From Candidatus Aminicenantes bacterium (GTDB lineage Bacteria > Acidobacteriota > Aminicenantia > S016-38), in contig JALVRF010000143.1 of NCBI GenBank assembly GCA_027025175.1, positions 1,863 through 65,862 on the forward strand: 64,000 bases of DNA, given 5' to 3'. The notes below the pieces were generated by a model, which saw nothing but the letters and a program-made list of their open reading frames with translations, had not been told where the DNA came from and made no database searches. Position 1 is the stretch's first letter; each line of letters opens with the position of its first letter. A program made the position numbers and the translations under genes. Shown here one piece after another: positions 55,642 through 64,000 of this stretch.

Positions 55642-56373
55642 ATGGAAATTGAAGGACTGAAGGGGAAGACTGCGGAACTGGCCAGAGAACTCCAGAAGGA
55701 AAAACTACCCAGGCATGTGGCGGTAATAATGGATGGAAACGGAAGATGGGCGAAAAAAAGGGGACTCCCAAGGGTAAAGGGTCACGAAAAGGGGGCGAAA
55801 ACTCTCAGGAAGGTGGTGGAACTTTCGGCGAAATTGGGAATCCAGTATCTTACAGCCTTCGCCTTCAGCAAGGAAAACTGGGAAAGACCCAGGGAGGAGA
55901 TAGAATTTCTGATGGACCTTCTTAGAAGGTATTTGAAAAATGAAATCCCCACCCTGATAAAAAACGATATAAAACTTGAGGTGGCCGGGGACCTGGAGGA
56001 ACTCCCAGAAGACCTTCAGGAAAAGATAAAGGATGCCATAAGGAAAACCTCAGCCGGAAAAAGGCTGGATTTTATTTTAGCCATAAACTACGGAGGAAGG
56101 GCGGAAATTTTGAGGGCAGCTAAAGGAATGGCCCAGGAGGGGATTTTTTCCCAGGAATCTTTCCGAAAACACCTGTATCTCCCCCATGTCCCTGACCCTG
56201 ATTTGCTTATCAGAACCAGCGGGGAAATAAGGATAAGCAACTTCCTTCTCTGGCAGATAGCCTATACCGAACTTTACTTCACCCCTGTTTTATGGCCGGA
56301 TTTCAACGAAAGGGAATACATAAAGGCTCTCCTTGACTATCAAAGAAGGGAACGGAGGTTCGGAAGGGTATGA
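55642..56373 (+). CDS. uppS: Isoprenyl transferase (undecaprenyl-diphosphate synthase)
   Basis: HVAVIMDGNGRWA...LTAFAFSKENWERP signature. ATG at 55642; the longer ORF from 55498 overlaps tsaB and is rejected. TGTATAAT lies 8 nt upstream, so the transcript is possibly leaderless. Confidence 0.85.
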   Translation: MEIEGLKGKTAELARELQKEKLPRHVAVIMDGNGRWAKKRGLPRVKGHEKGAKTLRKVVELSAKLGIQYLTAFAFSKENWERPREEIEFLMDLLRRYLKNEIPTLIKNDIKLEVAGDLEELPEDLQEKIKDAIRKTSAGKRLDFILAINYGGRAEILRAAKGMAQEGIFSQESFRKHLYLPHVPDPDLLIRTSGEIRISNFLLWQIAYTELYFTPVLWPDFNEREYIKALLDYQRRERRFGRV

Positions 56374-57146
56374 AGGAATTTCTAACAAGAACCCTTTCCG
56401 CCCTTCTTCTGGTAGCCCTGATTGTAGGTCTCACTCTGCTCCCCCCCCTCCCCTTTATATTCTCCTTAGCCCTTATCCTTTCCCTTGCCGGATGGGAAAT
56501 GGGCAAACTGCTGGGTGGAAGGGGGCTCTTCCCCTGGCTCGGTGCTTTTAACCTTTTTGCTTTAATACTGGGCCTGTTTTTTCACTCACCCCTGGAGACC
56601 AGCACCTGTATTGTTGCTCTGACCGGTTTTATGCTCCTTTTCACCACCCGGAGGGAAAACCTCGGGCAATTTTCCTCCAACATATCCTCCGCACTTCTCC
56701 CCCCATTTTTCCTGGCCTTCCCCCTGTTTCACCTCTACTTGATCTGGGAAAGGGGGATTTCCTTCCTCTACTTCCTTATAATACTCATCTCCATAGCAGA
56801 TACTGCGGCCTATATTTTCGGATCCAGATTCGGCAAACACAAAATATTCCCCACCGCCTCTCCCAAAAAATCATGGGAAGGATTCCTGGCCGCCCTGGTC
56901 TTTGCGGAGATCACAGGAATCGCGGGGGGGATAATATTGAAATTTCCCCACGGCTGGCTGGTGGGACTTCTCACCGCCCTGGCAGGGCAACTTTCGGACC
57001 CCATGGAAAGCCTGTTTAAAAGAGCAGCAGGGGTTAAGGACTCCTCCCATTTAATTCCCGGACACGGGGGAATTCTTGACAGGATTGACAGTTACATACT
57101 TGCCGCCCCGGTTTTTTATTATTTCATCCACTGGTTAAGCCTATGA
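56370..57146 (+). CDS. cdsA: Phosphatidate cytidylyltransferase
   Basis: Polytopic. C-terminal SLFKRAAGVKDSSHLIPGHGGILDRIDS signature. Confidence 0.85.
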   Translation: MKEFLTRTLSALLLVALIVGLTLLPPLPFIFSLALILSLAGWEMGKLLGGRGLFPWLGAFNLFALILGLFFHSPLETSTCIVALTGFMLLFTTRRENLGQFSSNISSALLPPFFLAFPLFHLYLIWERGISFLYFLIILISIADTAAYIFGSRFGKHKIFPTASPKKSWEGFLAALVFAEITGIAGGIILKFPHGWLVGLLTALAGQLSDPMESLFKRAAGVKDSSHLIPGHGGILDRIDSYILAAPVFYYFIHWLSL

Positions 57147-58255
57147 AAATCGCGGTCCTGGGAAGCACGGGGGTAATCGGTACATTAACCCTGGAACTGG
57201 CGGAAAAATATTCCGTGGAAGTGGTGGCCCTGGCTGCGGGAAGGAATTTGAGTAAACTCAGCGAGCAGATCCACCGTTTCCGGCCCAGATATGTGGCGGT
57301 TCAGAGAAAGGAGGATGCGGAAAAATTAGGGAAGGGGGTTCTCTGGGGAAGGGAGGGGCTCAACGCTCTTGCCACCTTGGATGAGGCGGATCTGGTGGTG
57401 GTAGGGGTTTCGGGAACAGATGGAATAGAGCCCACCTACATGGCAGCCAGGGCAGGGAAAAGAATAGCCTTGGCCAACAAGGAGTCCCTTGTTAGCGGGG
57501 GAAAGGTTATATGCGAGACAGCCAGAAAAAATTCGGCCTTTATAATCCCCGTGGACAGCGAACACAGCAGCCTTTTTCAATTATTGCTCTTTCCCGAGCA
57601 GCCCCAGGAAATTTTCCTCACCGCCTCAGGAGGGCCCTTTTTCCGGGGAAGGCCAGAGGTCATCAGAATAGAAGATGTTCTTTCCCATCCCACCTGGAGA
57701 ATGGGTAAAAAAATAACCGTGGACTCCGCCACCCTCATGAATAAGGCCTTTGAAATGGTGGAAGCCCGGTGGCTATTCAATTTCCCTCCGGAGCGCATAA
57801 AGGTGCTAATTCACCCTCAATCAGCGGTCCACGCCCTGGCCAGGATGAGGGACGGAACCCTTTTCGCCCACATGGGCCCTGCGGACATGAGGCTTCCCAT
57901 ACAATATGCGCTTTTCTATCCCGAGAGAAAACCTCCTCCATCCCCTCCCCTGCATCTTGAAAATCTGGGTCATCTTGAATTTTATCCAGCCCCTCCAGAG
58001 AAATACCCTACCATAGACCTTGGATACCGCATGATGCAGGAAGCCTGCTCCTTAGCCGCCGTCATAAACGGGGCTAACGATTTCGCTGTAGAAAGTTTCC
58101 TGGAAGGGAAATTAAATTTTGACCGTATTCTGGATGTTATAATAGAAGTTTCAAAGGTTCACAGGCCCTATCCTTTAAACACCATAGATGAGGTTCTGGA
58201 GGCTGTAAAAGAGGGCAGGGAAAGGGCCAGAGAAATCTCCGGAGTAAAGGAATGA
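57143..58255 (+). CDS. dxr: 1-deoxy-D-xylulose 5-phosphate reductoisomerase
   Basis: MKIAVLGSTGVIGTLTLE NADPH motif, ALANKESLV and DSEHSSLFQ signatures. 370 aa. Confidence 0.9.
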   Translation: MKIAVLGSTGVIGTLTLELAEKYSVEVVALAAGRNLSKLSEQIHRFRPRYVAVQRKEDAEKLGKGVLWGREGLNALATLDEADLVVVGVSGTDGIEPTYMAARAGKRIALANKESLVSGGKVICETARKNSAFIIPVDSEHSSLFQLLLFPEQPQEIFLTASGGPFFRGRPEVIRIEDVLSHPTWRMGKKITVDSATLMNKAFEMVEARWLFNFPPERIKVLIHPQSAVHALARMRDGTLFAHMGPADMRLPIQYALFYPERKPPPSPPLHLENLGHLEFYPAPPEKYPTIDLGYRMMQEACSLAAVINGANDFAVESFLEGKLNFDRILDVIIEVSKVHRPYPLNTIDEVLEAVKEGRERAREISGVKE

Positions 58256-59544
58256 GCGGATTAATTTCCAACATTTTCTGGTTCTTAGTGCTTTTTACCA
58301 TAATCGTCATAGTCCACGAGACAGGGCACTTCGCCACAGCGAAACTCTTGGGAATCTGGGTAGAGGTTTTTTCCTTGGGATTCGGGCCGAAATTGATCTC
58401 CTTTAAGAAAAGGGAAACCGAATACCGCTTCAGCCTGATACCCCTGGGGGGATATGTGAAACTCTACGGGGAAGAAAAGGCCACCGGAGACCCCAGGGAA
58501 TTCCTTTCAAGACCACGGTGGCAGAAAATTCTGGTCCTGGTAATGGGTCCCCTAATGAATGTGGCCCTGGCCGTGGCGGTTATGGGGTTCGTCTACATGA
58601 GGGGTCTTCAGGAACCTGCCATTTACTCCCAGCCGGTTAAGGTGGGCTGGGTTGAACCCTCCTCCCCTGCGGAAAAGGCAGGAATTCTCCCTGGGGACCT
58701 GATAGTGGAAGTGGGAGGGAAAAAATTCCCTACCTGGAAGGACCTTCGAATCCTCATTTCAACCAGTGCAGGTCATCCTCTGAAAATTAGGATAAAAAGG
58801 GACGGAAAGTTCCTGGAAACAACCCTTATTCCCAAAAAGGTGGGTAGATATGACCTGGGTTATTCCGGAATTTATCCCCCCTTAAAAGCCATCATCGGTT
58901 CTGTGGTTCCTGGAAAACCTGCTGCTAAGGCAGGTCTGAAACCCGGGGATGAAATCCTTGAGGTAAACGGGGTAAGGGTGGAGGATTTTTACCACCTCCG
59001 CCAGATCATACAGGATTCGGCAGGTCAAACTCTTAATTTAAAGGTAAAGAGAGGAAACAAGATTCTCACCCTGAGGGTAAAACCGGAAAAACAGGGCGAT
59101 AGATGGGTTCTTGGTTTCTTCCCCTATCAACCCATGGTCACCGTTAAATACCCCCTCTTTAAGGCCCTTCTCAAGAGCGCAAGGGACAACCTTTACTACA
59201 CCACCATGACCTTTGAAGTTCTCGGAAAACTGATTGCCGGGAAAATTTCCCCAAGGACCCTCTCCGGCCCCCTGGACATTGCACAATTTTCCTCAGCCAC
59301 TGCCCAGGCCGGCCTCATACCTTTCCTGAGTTTCCTTGCCTTTGTTTCCCTCCAGCTGGCCATTATAAACCTTCTACCCATCCCGGGCCTGGACGGGGGG
59401 CAGATGTTCATCCTGATTATAGAAGCTGTTATAGGAAGGGAACTGAGCGACAAAGCCAAGGAATGGATTCTCAGGGTGGGCTTTGCCCTTATAATCCTGC
59501 TTTCCCTTTTTGCCATTCTTAACGACATCCTTAAAAGGATATGA
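58252..59544 (+). CDS. rseP: Site-2 protease RseP (M50 zinc metalloprotease with PDZ domains)
   Basis: HETGHF zinc motif in the first TM. Two PDZ-like segments (GILPGDLIVEVGG, GLKPGDEILEVNG). LDGG motif. Confidence 0.9.
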   Translation: MSGLISNIFWFLVLFTIIVIVHETGHFATAKLLGIWVEVFSLGFGPKLISFKKRETEYRFSLIPLGGYVKLYGEEKATGDPREFLSRPRWQKILVLVMGPLMNVALAVAVMGFVYMRGLQEPAIYSQPVKVGWVEPSSPAEKAGILPGDLIVEVGGKKFPTWKDLRILISTSAGHPLKIRIKRDGKFLETTLIPKKVGRYDLGYSGIYPPLKAIIGSVVPGKPAAKAGLKPGDEILEVNGVRVEDFYHLRQIIQDSAGQTLNLKVKRGNKILTLRVKPEKQGDRWVLGFFPYQPMVTVKYPLFKALLKSARDNLYYTTMTFEVLGKLIAGKISPRTLSGPLDIAQFSSATAQAGLIPFLSFLAFVSLQLAIINLLPIPGLDGGQMFILIIEAVIGRELSDKAKEWILRVGFALIILLSLFAILNDILKRI

Positions 59545-60614
59545 GAAAAAGCATCCAGATAAGGGTTGGGAAGGTAACCATAGGGGGAGGTGCACCCATC
59601 AGGGTTCAGTCCATGACGAAAACCGACACAGAGGACTGGAAGGCCACTCTTGCGCAGATAAAGGAACTGGCCCAGGCAGGATGCGAGATAATAAGGGTGG
59701 CAGCTCCCACAAAAAACGTCCTTCCTTCCTTTGAAAAAATAGTAGAAAAATCGCCTATACCTGTAATTGCCGACATTCATTACGATTGGAGGCTGGCGGT
59801 TGAGGCAGCGAAACTGGGAGCAGCCGGCCTTAGGATAAATCCGGGAAATATTGGCGAGGAGTGGAAGTTAGAGAGAGTAATAGAGGCAGCCCGGGAGGCA
59901 GAGATTCCCATAAGAATAGGGGTAAATTCCGGTTCCCTTCCCAAGGAAATTCTGGAAAAACACGGTAAAGCCTCTGCCGAGGCCATGGTGGAGACAGCCC
60001 TCCAGCACATAAAATTCTTTGAAAAAAGGGGGTTCAGAAATATCAAGGTTTCCTTAAAGGCCTCGGATGTTTCAAGGACTGTCCAGGCCTACAGGAAAAT
60101 CGCCCCATTAATTCCCTATCCCCTGCATGTGGGAATCACCGAGGCCGGGACCTTCCTTACAGGAACTGTTAAATCATCCATTGGCATTGGCATTCTCCTG
60201 GCAGAGGGCATAGGCGACACCATAAGAGTTTCCCTGGCAGCCCCTCCCATTTACGAAGTCAAGGTGGGCTGGGAAATCCTCAAGGCCCTGGGCCTGAGGC
60301 GAAGGGGGGTGGAGTTAATAGCCTGTCCCACCTGCGGAAGACTGGAAGTTGATCTCCTCCCCATAGTGGACGTGATAGAGAGAAGGCTTGAAGGACTGGA
60401 TATTCCCCTCAAGGTGGCGGTGATGGGATGTGTGGTTAACGGACCCGGGGAGGCCAAGGAGGCGGACATAGGGCTTGCCTGCGGAAGGGGAGTGGGGATA
60501 ATATTTGAAAAGGGCAAACTGGTGGAGAGGGTTGAGGAGGGGGAGATGGTGGAAAAATTTGTAAAAAGGGTTTTTTCCTTAGCCAGGAGGCTCAAAAATG
60601 AAAAAAACCCTTGA
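59541..60614 (+). CDS. ispG: 4-hydroxy-3-methylbut-2-en-1-yl diphosphate synthase (GcpE)
   Basis: RVGKVTIGGGAPIRVQSMT...IIRVAAP N-terminal signature. C-terminal CPTCGR and GCVVNGPGE [4Fe-4S] motif. Confidence 0.9.
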   Translation: MRKSIQIRVGKVTIGGGAPIRVQSMTKTDTEDWKATLAQIKELAQAGCEIIRVAAPTKNVLPSFEKIVEKSPIPVIADIHYDWRLAVEAAKLGAAGLRINPGNIGEEWKLERVIEAAREAEIPIRIGVNSGSLPKEILEKHGKASAEAMVETALQHIKFFEKRGFRNIKVSLKASDVSRTVQAYRKIAPLIPYPLHVGITEAGTFLTGTVKSSIGIGILLAEGIGDTIRVSLAAPPIYEVKVGWEILKALGLRRRGVELIACPTCGRLEVDLLPIVDVIERRLEGLDIPLKVAVMGCVVNGPGEAKEADIGLACGRGVGIIFEKGKLVERVEEGEMVEKFVKRVFSLARRLKNEKNP

Positions 60615-61509
60615 CAAACTTTACGAAAATTCCCCGGAAAAATCCATCCAGCCCCCCATCCTTATATTAAGCGACCTGCACATGGGGGATGGGGGAGGGA
60701 GCGACGATTTTAAGGCCAACTCCGGGGTTTACCAGACTATACTCAGGGAATATTTTTCCAGGGGCCACACCCTGGTTCTTCTGGGAGACATTGAGGAATT
60801 GTGGGAGGACGATCTGGTGGACATATTATTGACCTACCCTGAGATTTTCTCATGGCACAAAAAATTTCTCCAGGAAGGAAGGCTTATAAAAATCGTGGGC
60901 AATCATGATATCTTCCTTGAAGAACCCAAATACTTCTCAAGAATAAAAACTGTTTTAAGGAAAAAAGGTCACCAGGAATTGCTCCTCCACCTTCCTCCCC
61001 CTTCCATTCCCGCCATGAAAATAAAACTGGGGGAAGGAGAGATTTTCTTCTTTCACGGGCATCAACTGGATTTTCTAAGTAACACCCTGTGGAAGTTGAG
61101 CAGATTTTTCATCCGATACCTCTGGAAACCCATACAGATAATGTTGAGGGTAACCACAGCCAGCCCTGCCAGGCTCAGGAGAAAACGAACGGTCCTGGAA
61201 AGGGAATATTACAACTGGGCGGAAAAAAGGAGGAAGGTTATCGTTTGTGGGCACACCCACAGGGCCATGTTCGCCTCCTCGGTGAGGAAGGAGGAGTTAA
61301 AAGGGGAGGTTTATCGGATGAGCCTTCCTGTATATTTCAACTCTGGATGCGGGATTTATACCGACGGGAAAATAACCGCCATAGAGATTTCCCACGGGGA
61401 AATAAGGCTCCTTGCCTTTTACCTGCAGGATGGGGAATTAAAGGTGGAGGTCCTCGGAGAAGAAACCCTGAGCAAAATCTTCAATTCAGTTTACTCCCAA
61501 GAGCCTTAG
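60598..61509 (+). CDS. Calcineurin-like metallophosphoesterase
   Basis: LILSDLHMGDG, LLGDIEELW, GNHD, GHTH metallophosphatase motifs. 303 aa. Confidence 0.7.
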   Translation: MKKTLDKLYENSPEKSIQPPILILSDLHMGDGGGSDDFKANSGVYQTILREYFSRGHTLVLLGDIEELWEDDLVDILLTYPEIFSWHKKFLQEGRLIKIVGNHDIFLEEPKYFSRIKTVLRKKGHQELLLHLPPPSIPAMKIKLGEGEIFFFHGHQLDFLSNTLWKLSRFFIRYLWKPIQIMLRVTTASPARLRRKRTVLEREYYNWAEKRRKVIVCGHTHRAMFASSVRKEELKGEVYRMSLPVYFNSGCGIYTDGKITAIEISHGEIRLLAFYLQDGELKVEVLGEETLSKIFNSVYSQEP

Positions 61510-62226
61510 AACTTCCCGGGAAATTTCCTCAACTGGCACATCAAATTTCCTGTGGACTAAAGGGTCCAGATAGGTTTCCCCCAGGTTTATTATCACCAAC
61601 CTGCCTCCGTGGGCCAGGGTATATTCCGGGAGGGATGAGGCAGGATAAACCCCAAGGGAAGAACCCATAACCAGGCAAAGGTCCGCGGATGAGGCCGCTT
61701 TAATGGCCTCGTGAAGGGCAAGGGAAGGAAGGGGCTCCCCGAAAAACACCACATCCGGCTTTATAACACCTCCGCAGGAACAGCGGGGGACTCTGCCGCC
61801 AAGGGCATCCTGCAGGTAATCGTTTTTAGAGAAACTTCTCCCACATTTCATACAATGGGCAGATTCCAGGGTTCCGTGCAGTTCCACTATTTTTCTGCTC
61901 CCTGCCTTCTGGTGGAGTCCGTCTATATTCTGGGTAGCCACCAGGTTAACCTTTCCCCTATTCTCCAGATTTGCTATCAGGTAATGGGCTGGATTGGGCT
62001 CGGCATCAAGTATTATTTTAAGCATGGGGCCTATCTGGCGGTAAAAAAAGGAGGGGTCCTGTTTAAACCTCTCTATACTGAAAACCTCCGGGCTTATTCT
62101 TTCGTATAGACCGCCCTTGCCCCTGAAATCTGGAATACCGCTGGGGGTACTCACCCCGGCTCCGGTGAGTACAAAAACTCTCTCCGCCTTTTCCAGGATT
62201 TTAATAAGTTCCTCTGCTTCCCTCAT
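61486..62226 (-). CDS. NAD-dependent protein deacylase, sirtuin (second copy)
   Basis: GAGVSTPSGIPDFR, QNIDGLH, ELHG. Zn-ribbon CMKCG...CSCGG. 246 aa. Its 3' end overlaps the convergent metallophosphoesterase by 24 nt. Confidence 0.85.
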   Translation of the reverse strand: MREAEELIKILEKAERVFVLTGAGVSTPSGIPDFRGKGGLYERISPEVFSIERFKQDPSFFYRQIGPMLKIILDAEPNPAHYLIANLENRGKVNLVATQNIDGLHQKAGSRKIVELHGTLESAHCMKCGRSFSKNDYLQDALGGRVPRCSCGGVIKPDVVFFGEPLPSLALHEAIKAASSADLCLVMGSSLGVYPASSLPEYTLAHGGRLVIINLGETYLDPLVHRKFDVPVEEISREVLRLLGVN

Positions 62227-62262
62227 GGGAAAAGGGAGGGTGTTACCCCTCCCTTGAAAACA

Positions 62263-63495
62263 TTATTTTTTTACTGTAAGAGCCCTCACCATATTTTTCA
62301 CCGCAAGAGATGCGGCTCTGCTTCCCGATGGGGTTCTGGGACTGGACCACAGATACTGAGAAATGTCTATGAGGGGAACATCCCAGTTGAAGTTCTCGTT
62401 CATCACCTTTATGACTTCATTGGCAATAAGGGCATATCCTAAGGTGGAAGGGTGGACCCCATCCAGGGAGAAAATTCCTCCGGTAAGATACCGGGAGGTG
62501 AGCCTTACTCCACCCACCATTATGCCCTCTGTAGATGCCTTCTGCATGAGTTTGTTTATGTCAAGGAGGGGAAGATTAAACTGGGAAGCAAGGCTTGAAA
62601 TTATGGAATTGAATTTGTTTATTCTGGCTTCTATTACAGCCCTCTCGTGGGCATCCAGAATTACCCCATCCGGGAGGGGCTGCCCATTTCCTCCAAGCTG
62701 GGTAGGAATCCCATAGCCCTGGCTCAGATATTCCTGCGCCGTGAGCAAGACCCTATCCTCATCGGTAAGAGGACCCTTGGGGCCTATAAGATAGACCTTC
62801 TGTCCCTGAACTTCAATATAAGGCTTTATATAGGTGGTAAAGGGAATAAGGTCTGCCCGGGGAAGGTTAATCACCACTATCTTTGCATTGGTGTAATTTA
62901 CCAGGGCCCCTATTATGGTAGTCAGGTTATTCTGAAACTCCTTAACCGGAGTTATGGTTGCCCCCTCAATCACTTTTCCATGAAGAACCGCTCCAAGAAC
63001 ATCGTTGTTTCCTATCCAGAGGGTTATTAATTTGGGATGGGCAGCAATTCCCAGTTGAAGTTGAGTTCCCATTCCCCTGAGTATGATGTTATGGAACCCA
63101 CCATCGCTTACGGTCCCCAGCATGTCATAGGAACTTGCCCCGGGAACTCCCAGGTTGTTGTAAATTCCCCTGTAATATAAATTCTCTGGAACACCATATG
63201 TGCTGGAGATGGGTGCCACATAAACCTGACCCTTGGGGGATACGAAGAGTTGGAGAACAGGGGGAATTCCAGGTGGGGAGATCAGGGGAAGAGCGAAGTT
63301 TTCCACCCCGGCGTTTTTGGCTAAAAGGGCGGGGAAACTAACTTTCTGGTAATAATCCACAAGACCCCCATCCTGATATCCCGCTGTAAGGCTATCTCCC
63401 AGGGCGTAATAGCCCTGGAAATATTCCTTGTATTCCTGAGATAAACCGAATCCCACAAAAAGGCCCAGAACTAAAAGGGCTAAAATTTTCCTCAT
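62263..63495 (-). CDS. Secreted SGNH/GDSL-family hydrolase (lipase/esterase-like)
   Basis: Signal peptide. GDSLTAG block I. GNND block III. DGVHPS block V. 410 aa. Confidence 0.7.
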   Translation of the reverse strand: MRKILALLVLGLFVGFGLSQEYKEYFQGYYALGDSLTAGYQDGGLVDYYQKVSFPALLAKNAGVENFALPLISPPGIPPVLQLFVSPKGQVYVAPISSTYGVPENLYYRGIYNNLGVPGASSYDMLGTVSDGGFHNIILRGMGTQLQLGIAAHPKLITLWIGNNDVLGAVLHGKVIEGATITPVKEFQNNLTTIIGALVNYTNAKIVVINLPRADLIPFTTYIKPYIEVQGQKVYLIGPKGPLTDEDRVLLTAQEYLSQGYGIPTQLGGNGQPLPDGVILDAHERAVIEARINKFNSIISSLASQFNLPLLDINKLMQKASTEGIMVGGVRLTSRYLTGGIFSLDGVHPSTLGYALIANEVIKVMNENFNWDVPLIDISQYLWSSPRTPSGSRAASLAVKNMVRALTVKK

Positions 63496-63506
63496 AACAT
63501 TCCTCC

Positions 63507-64000
63507 TTAGAATTTATACCCAAGATTTACGCCCAGAAGTAGAGCGTTTATGTGGTATGTGCCCTCATATCCGTACTTGCATTTTCCCTCCGTGCTTCTG
63601 GGCATCCCTATGAGATAAATGGCAGACAGGTCAAGGTACATATTTTCGTTGAGAGCCTTTCCTATTCCTGCGCTGATAAGGTGACGGGAGGTGTCAGGGA
63701 GGAGAGGGGTTACAGACTGGGGGTCCGCAGCTTCCTGGTCGTATACATATCCGGCACGTAGATAAAATCCTTCCTTTAAAAGATACTCAAGACCGAATCT
63801 TACGGTTATGTTATCGTGATAATATTCCTTGGTAGTCTCTTCTGGAGGATTTAGTTCCTCGTGATCTGGGAAACTTATAGGCATGCTCTTGTACTGGCTC
63901 CAGAAAGTGTATTCAAGGTCAACCTCAAGGCTCAATCTTTCGGAGGGATACAGGGCTACAGCAAAGACCGCAGAAGAAGGATAGGTAAGGGAAGCGTTCA
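63507..64000 (-). CDS. FadL/OmpP1-family outer-membrane transporter, C-terminal part; the N-terminus lies beyond the window
   Basis: C-terminal beta-strands ending …LLGVNLGYKF (terminal Phe) and a YVYDQ…SAGIG pattern typical of the FadL/TodX family. The ORF continues past the window end. Confidence 0.5.
   Translation of the reverse strand, partial: NASLTYPSSAVFAVALYPSERLSLEVDLEYTFWSQYKSMPISFPDHEELNPPEETTKEYYHDNITVRFGLEYLLKEGFYLRAGYVYDQEAADPQSVTPLLPDTSRHLISAGIGKALNENMYLDLSAIYLIGMPRSTEGKCKYGYEGTYHINALLLGVNLGYKF

Overview
This is a ~64 kb chromosomal window from a compact, apparently thermophilic bacterial genome. The evidence is AGG/AGA/GGG-rich codon usage, K/E/R-rich proteins, about 50% GC, and very frequent start/stop-codon overlaps between neighbouring genes. 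I can support about 62 protein-coding genes, 4 tRNAs, two promoters and two hairpin terminators. There is no rRNA, no CRISPR array and no clear IS or prophage.

Recognisable content:
- An MscS fragment, a GAF-PP2C phosphatase and a DUF1343 (NamZ-like) protein at the 5' end.
- tRNA-Val (CAC) and an orphan sigma-54 NtrC-type activator.
- A DUF374 / class-III aminotransferase / flippase-like trio.
- P5C dehydrogenase translationally coupled to an 856-aa secreted HExxH protein, a Memo-like protein and a HAD hydrolase.
- Two tandem paralogous small envelope proteins followed by MauE/DoxX.
- A minus-strand operon of C69 dipeptidase, XerC/D-type recombinase and two inactive M16-like proteins, ending at tRNA-Ser (GCU).
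- hisS and queE-queD.
- A tRNA-Pro (GGG) / surE / dedA (yqaA) / tRNA-Pro (CGG) / acyP / HD-domain block.
- A minus-strand operon of sirtuin, RadC, phosphomannomutase and a hypothetical membrane protein.
- An hdrCB - giant hdrA - mvhDGA - maturation-protease cluster.
- A secreted DUF2194-like protein, a GT-C glycosyltransferase, cstA, a small ORF and an ArsA-like ATPase.
- Tricorn protease, convergent with a TonB-dependent-like outer membrane protein (OMP) and a truncated family-5 substrate-binding protein (SBP5).
- rimI and tsaB.
- The conserved uppS-cdsA-dxr-rseP-ispG block with a metallophosphoesterase.
- A second sirtuin, a secreted SGNH/GDSL hydrolase and the C-terminus of a FadL-family OMP.

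The most notable points are a bacterial Hdr/Mvh bifurcation-type module whose HdrA (1123 aa) carries an inserted GltD/NfnB-like NAD(P)H-FAD domain, the recombinase embedded in a peptidase operon, the tandem paralog pair, and the HExxH-propeller protein coupled to Memo. All protein calls are from motif recognition by eye, with no database search. Operons in this genome mix unrelated functions, so adjacency alone is weak evidence of a functional link.
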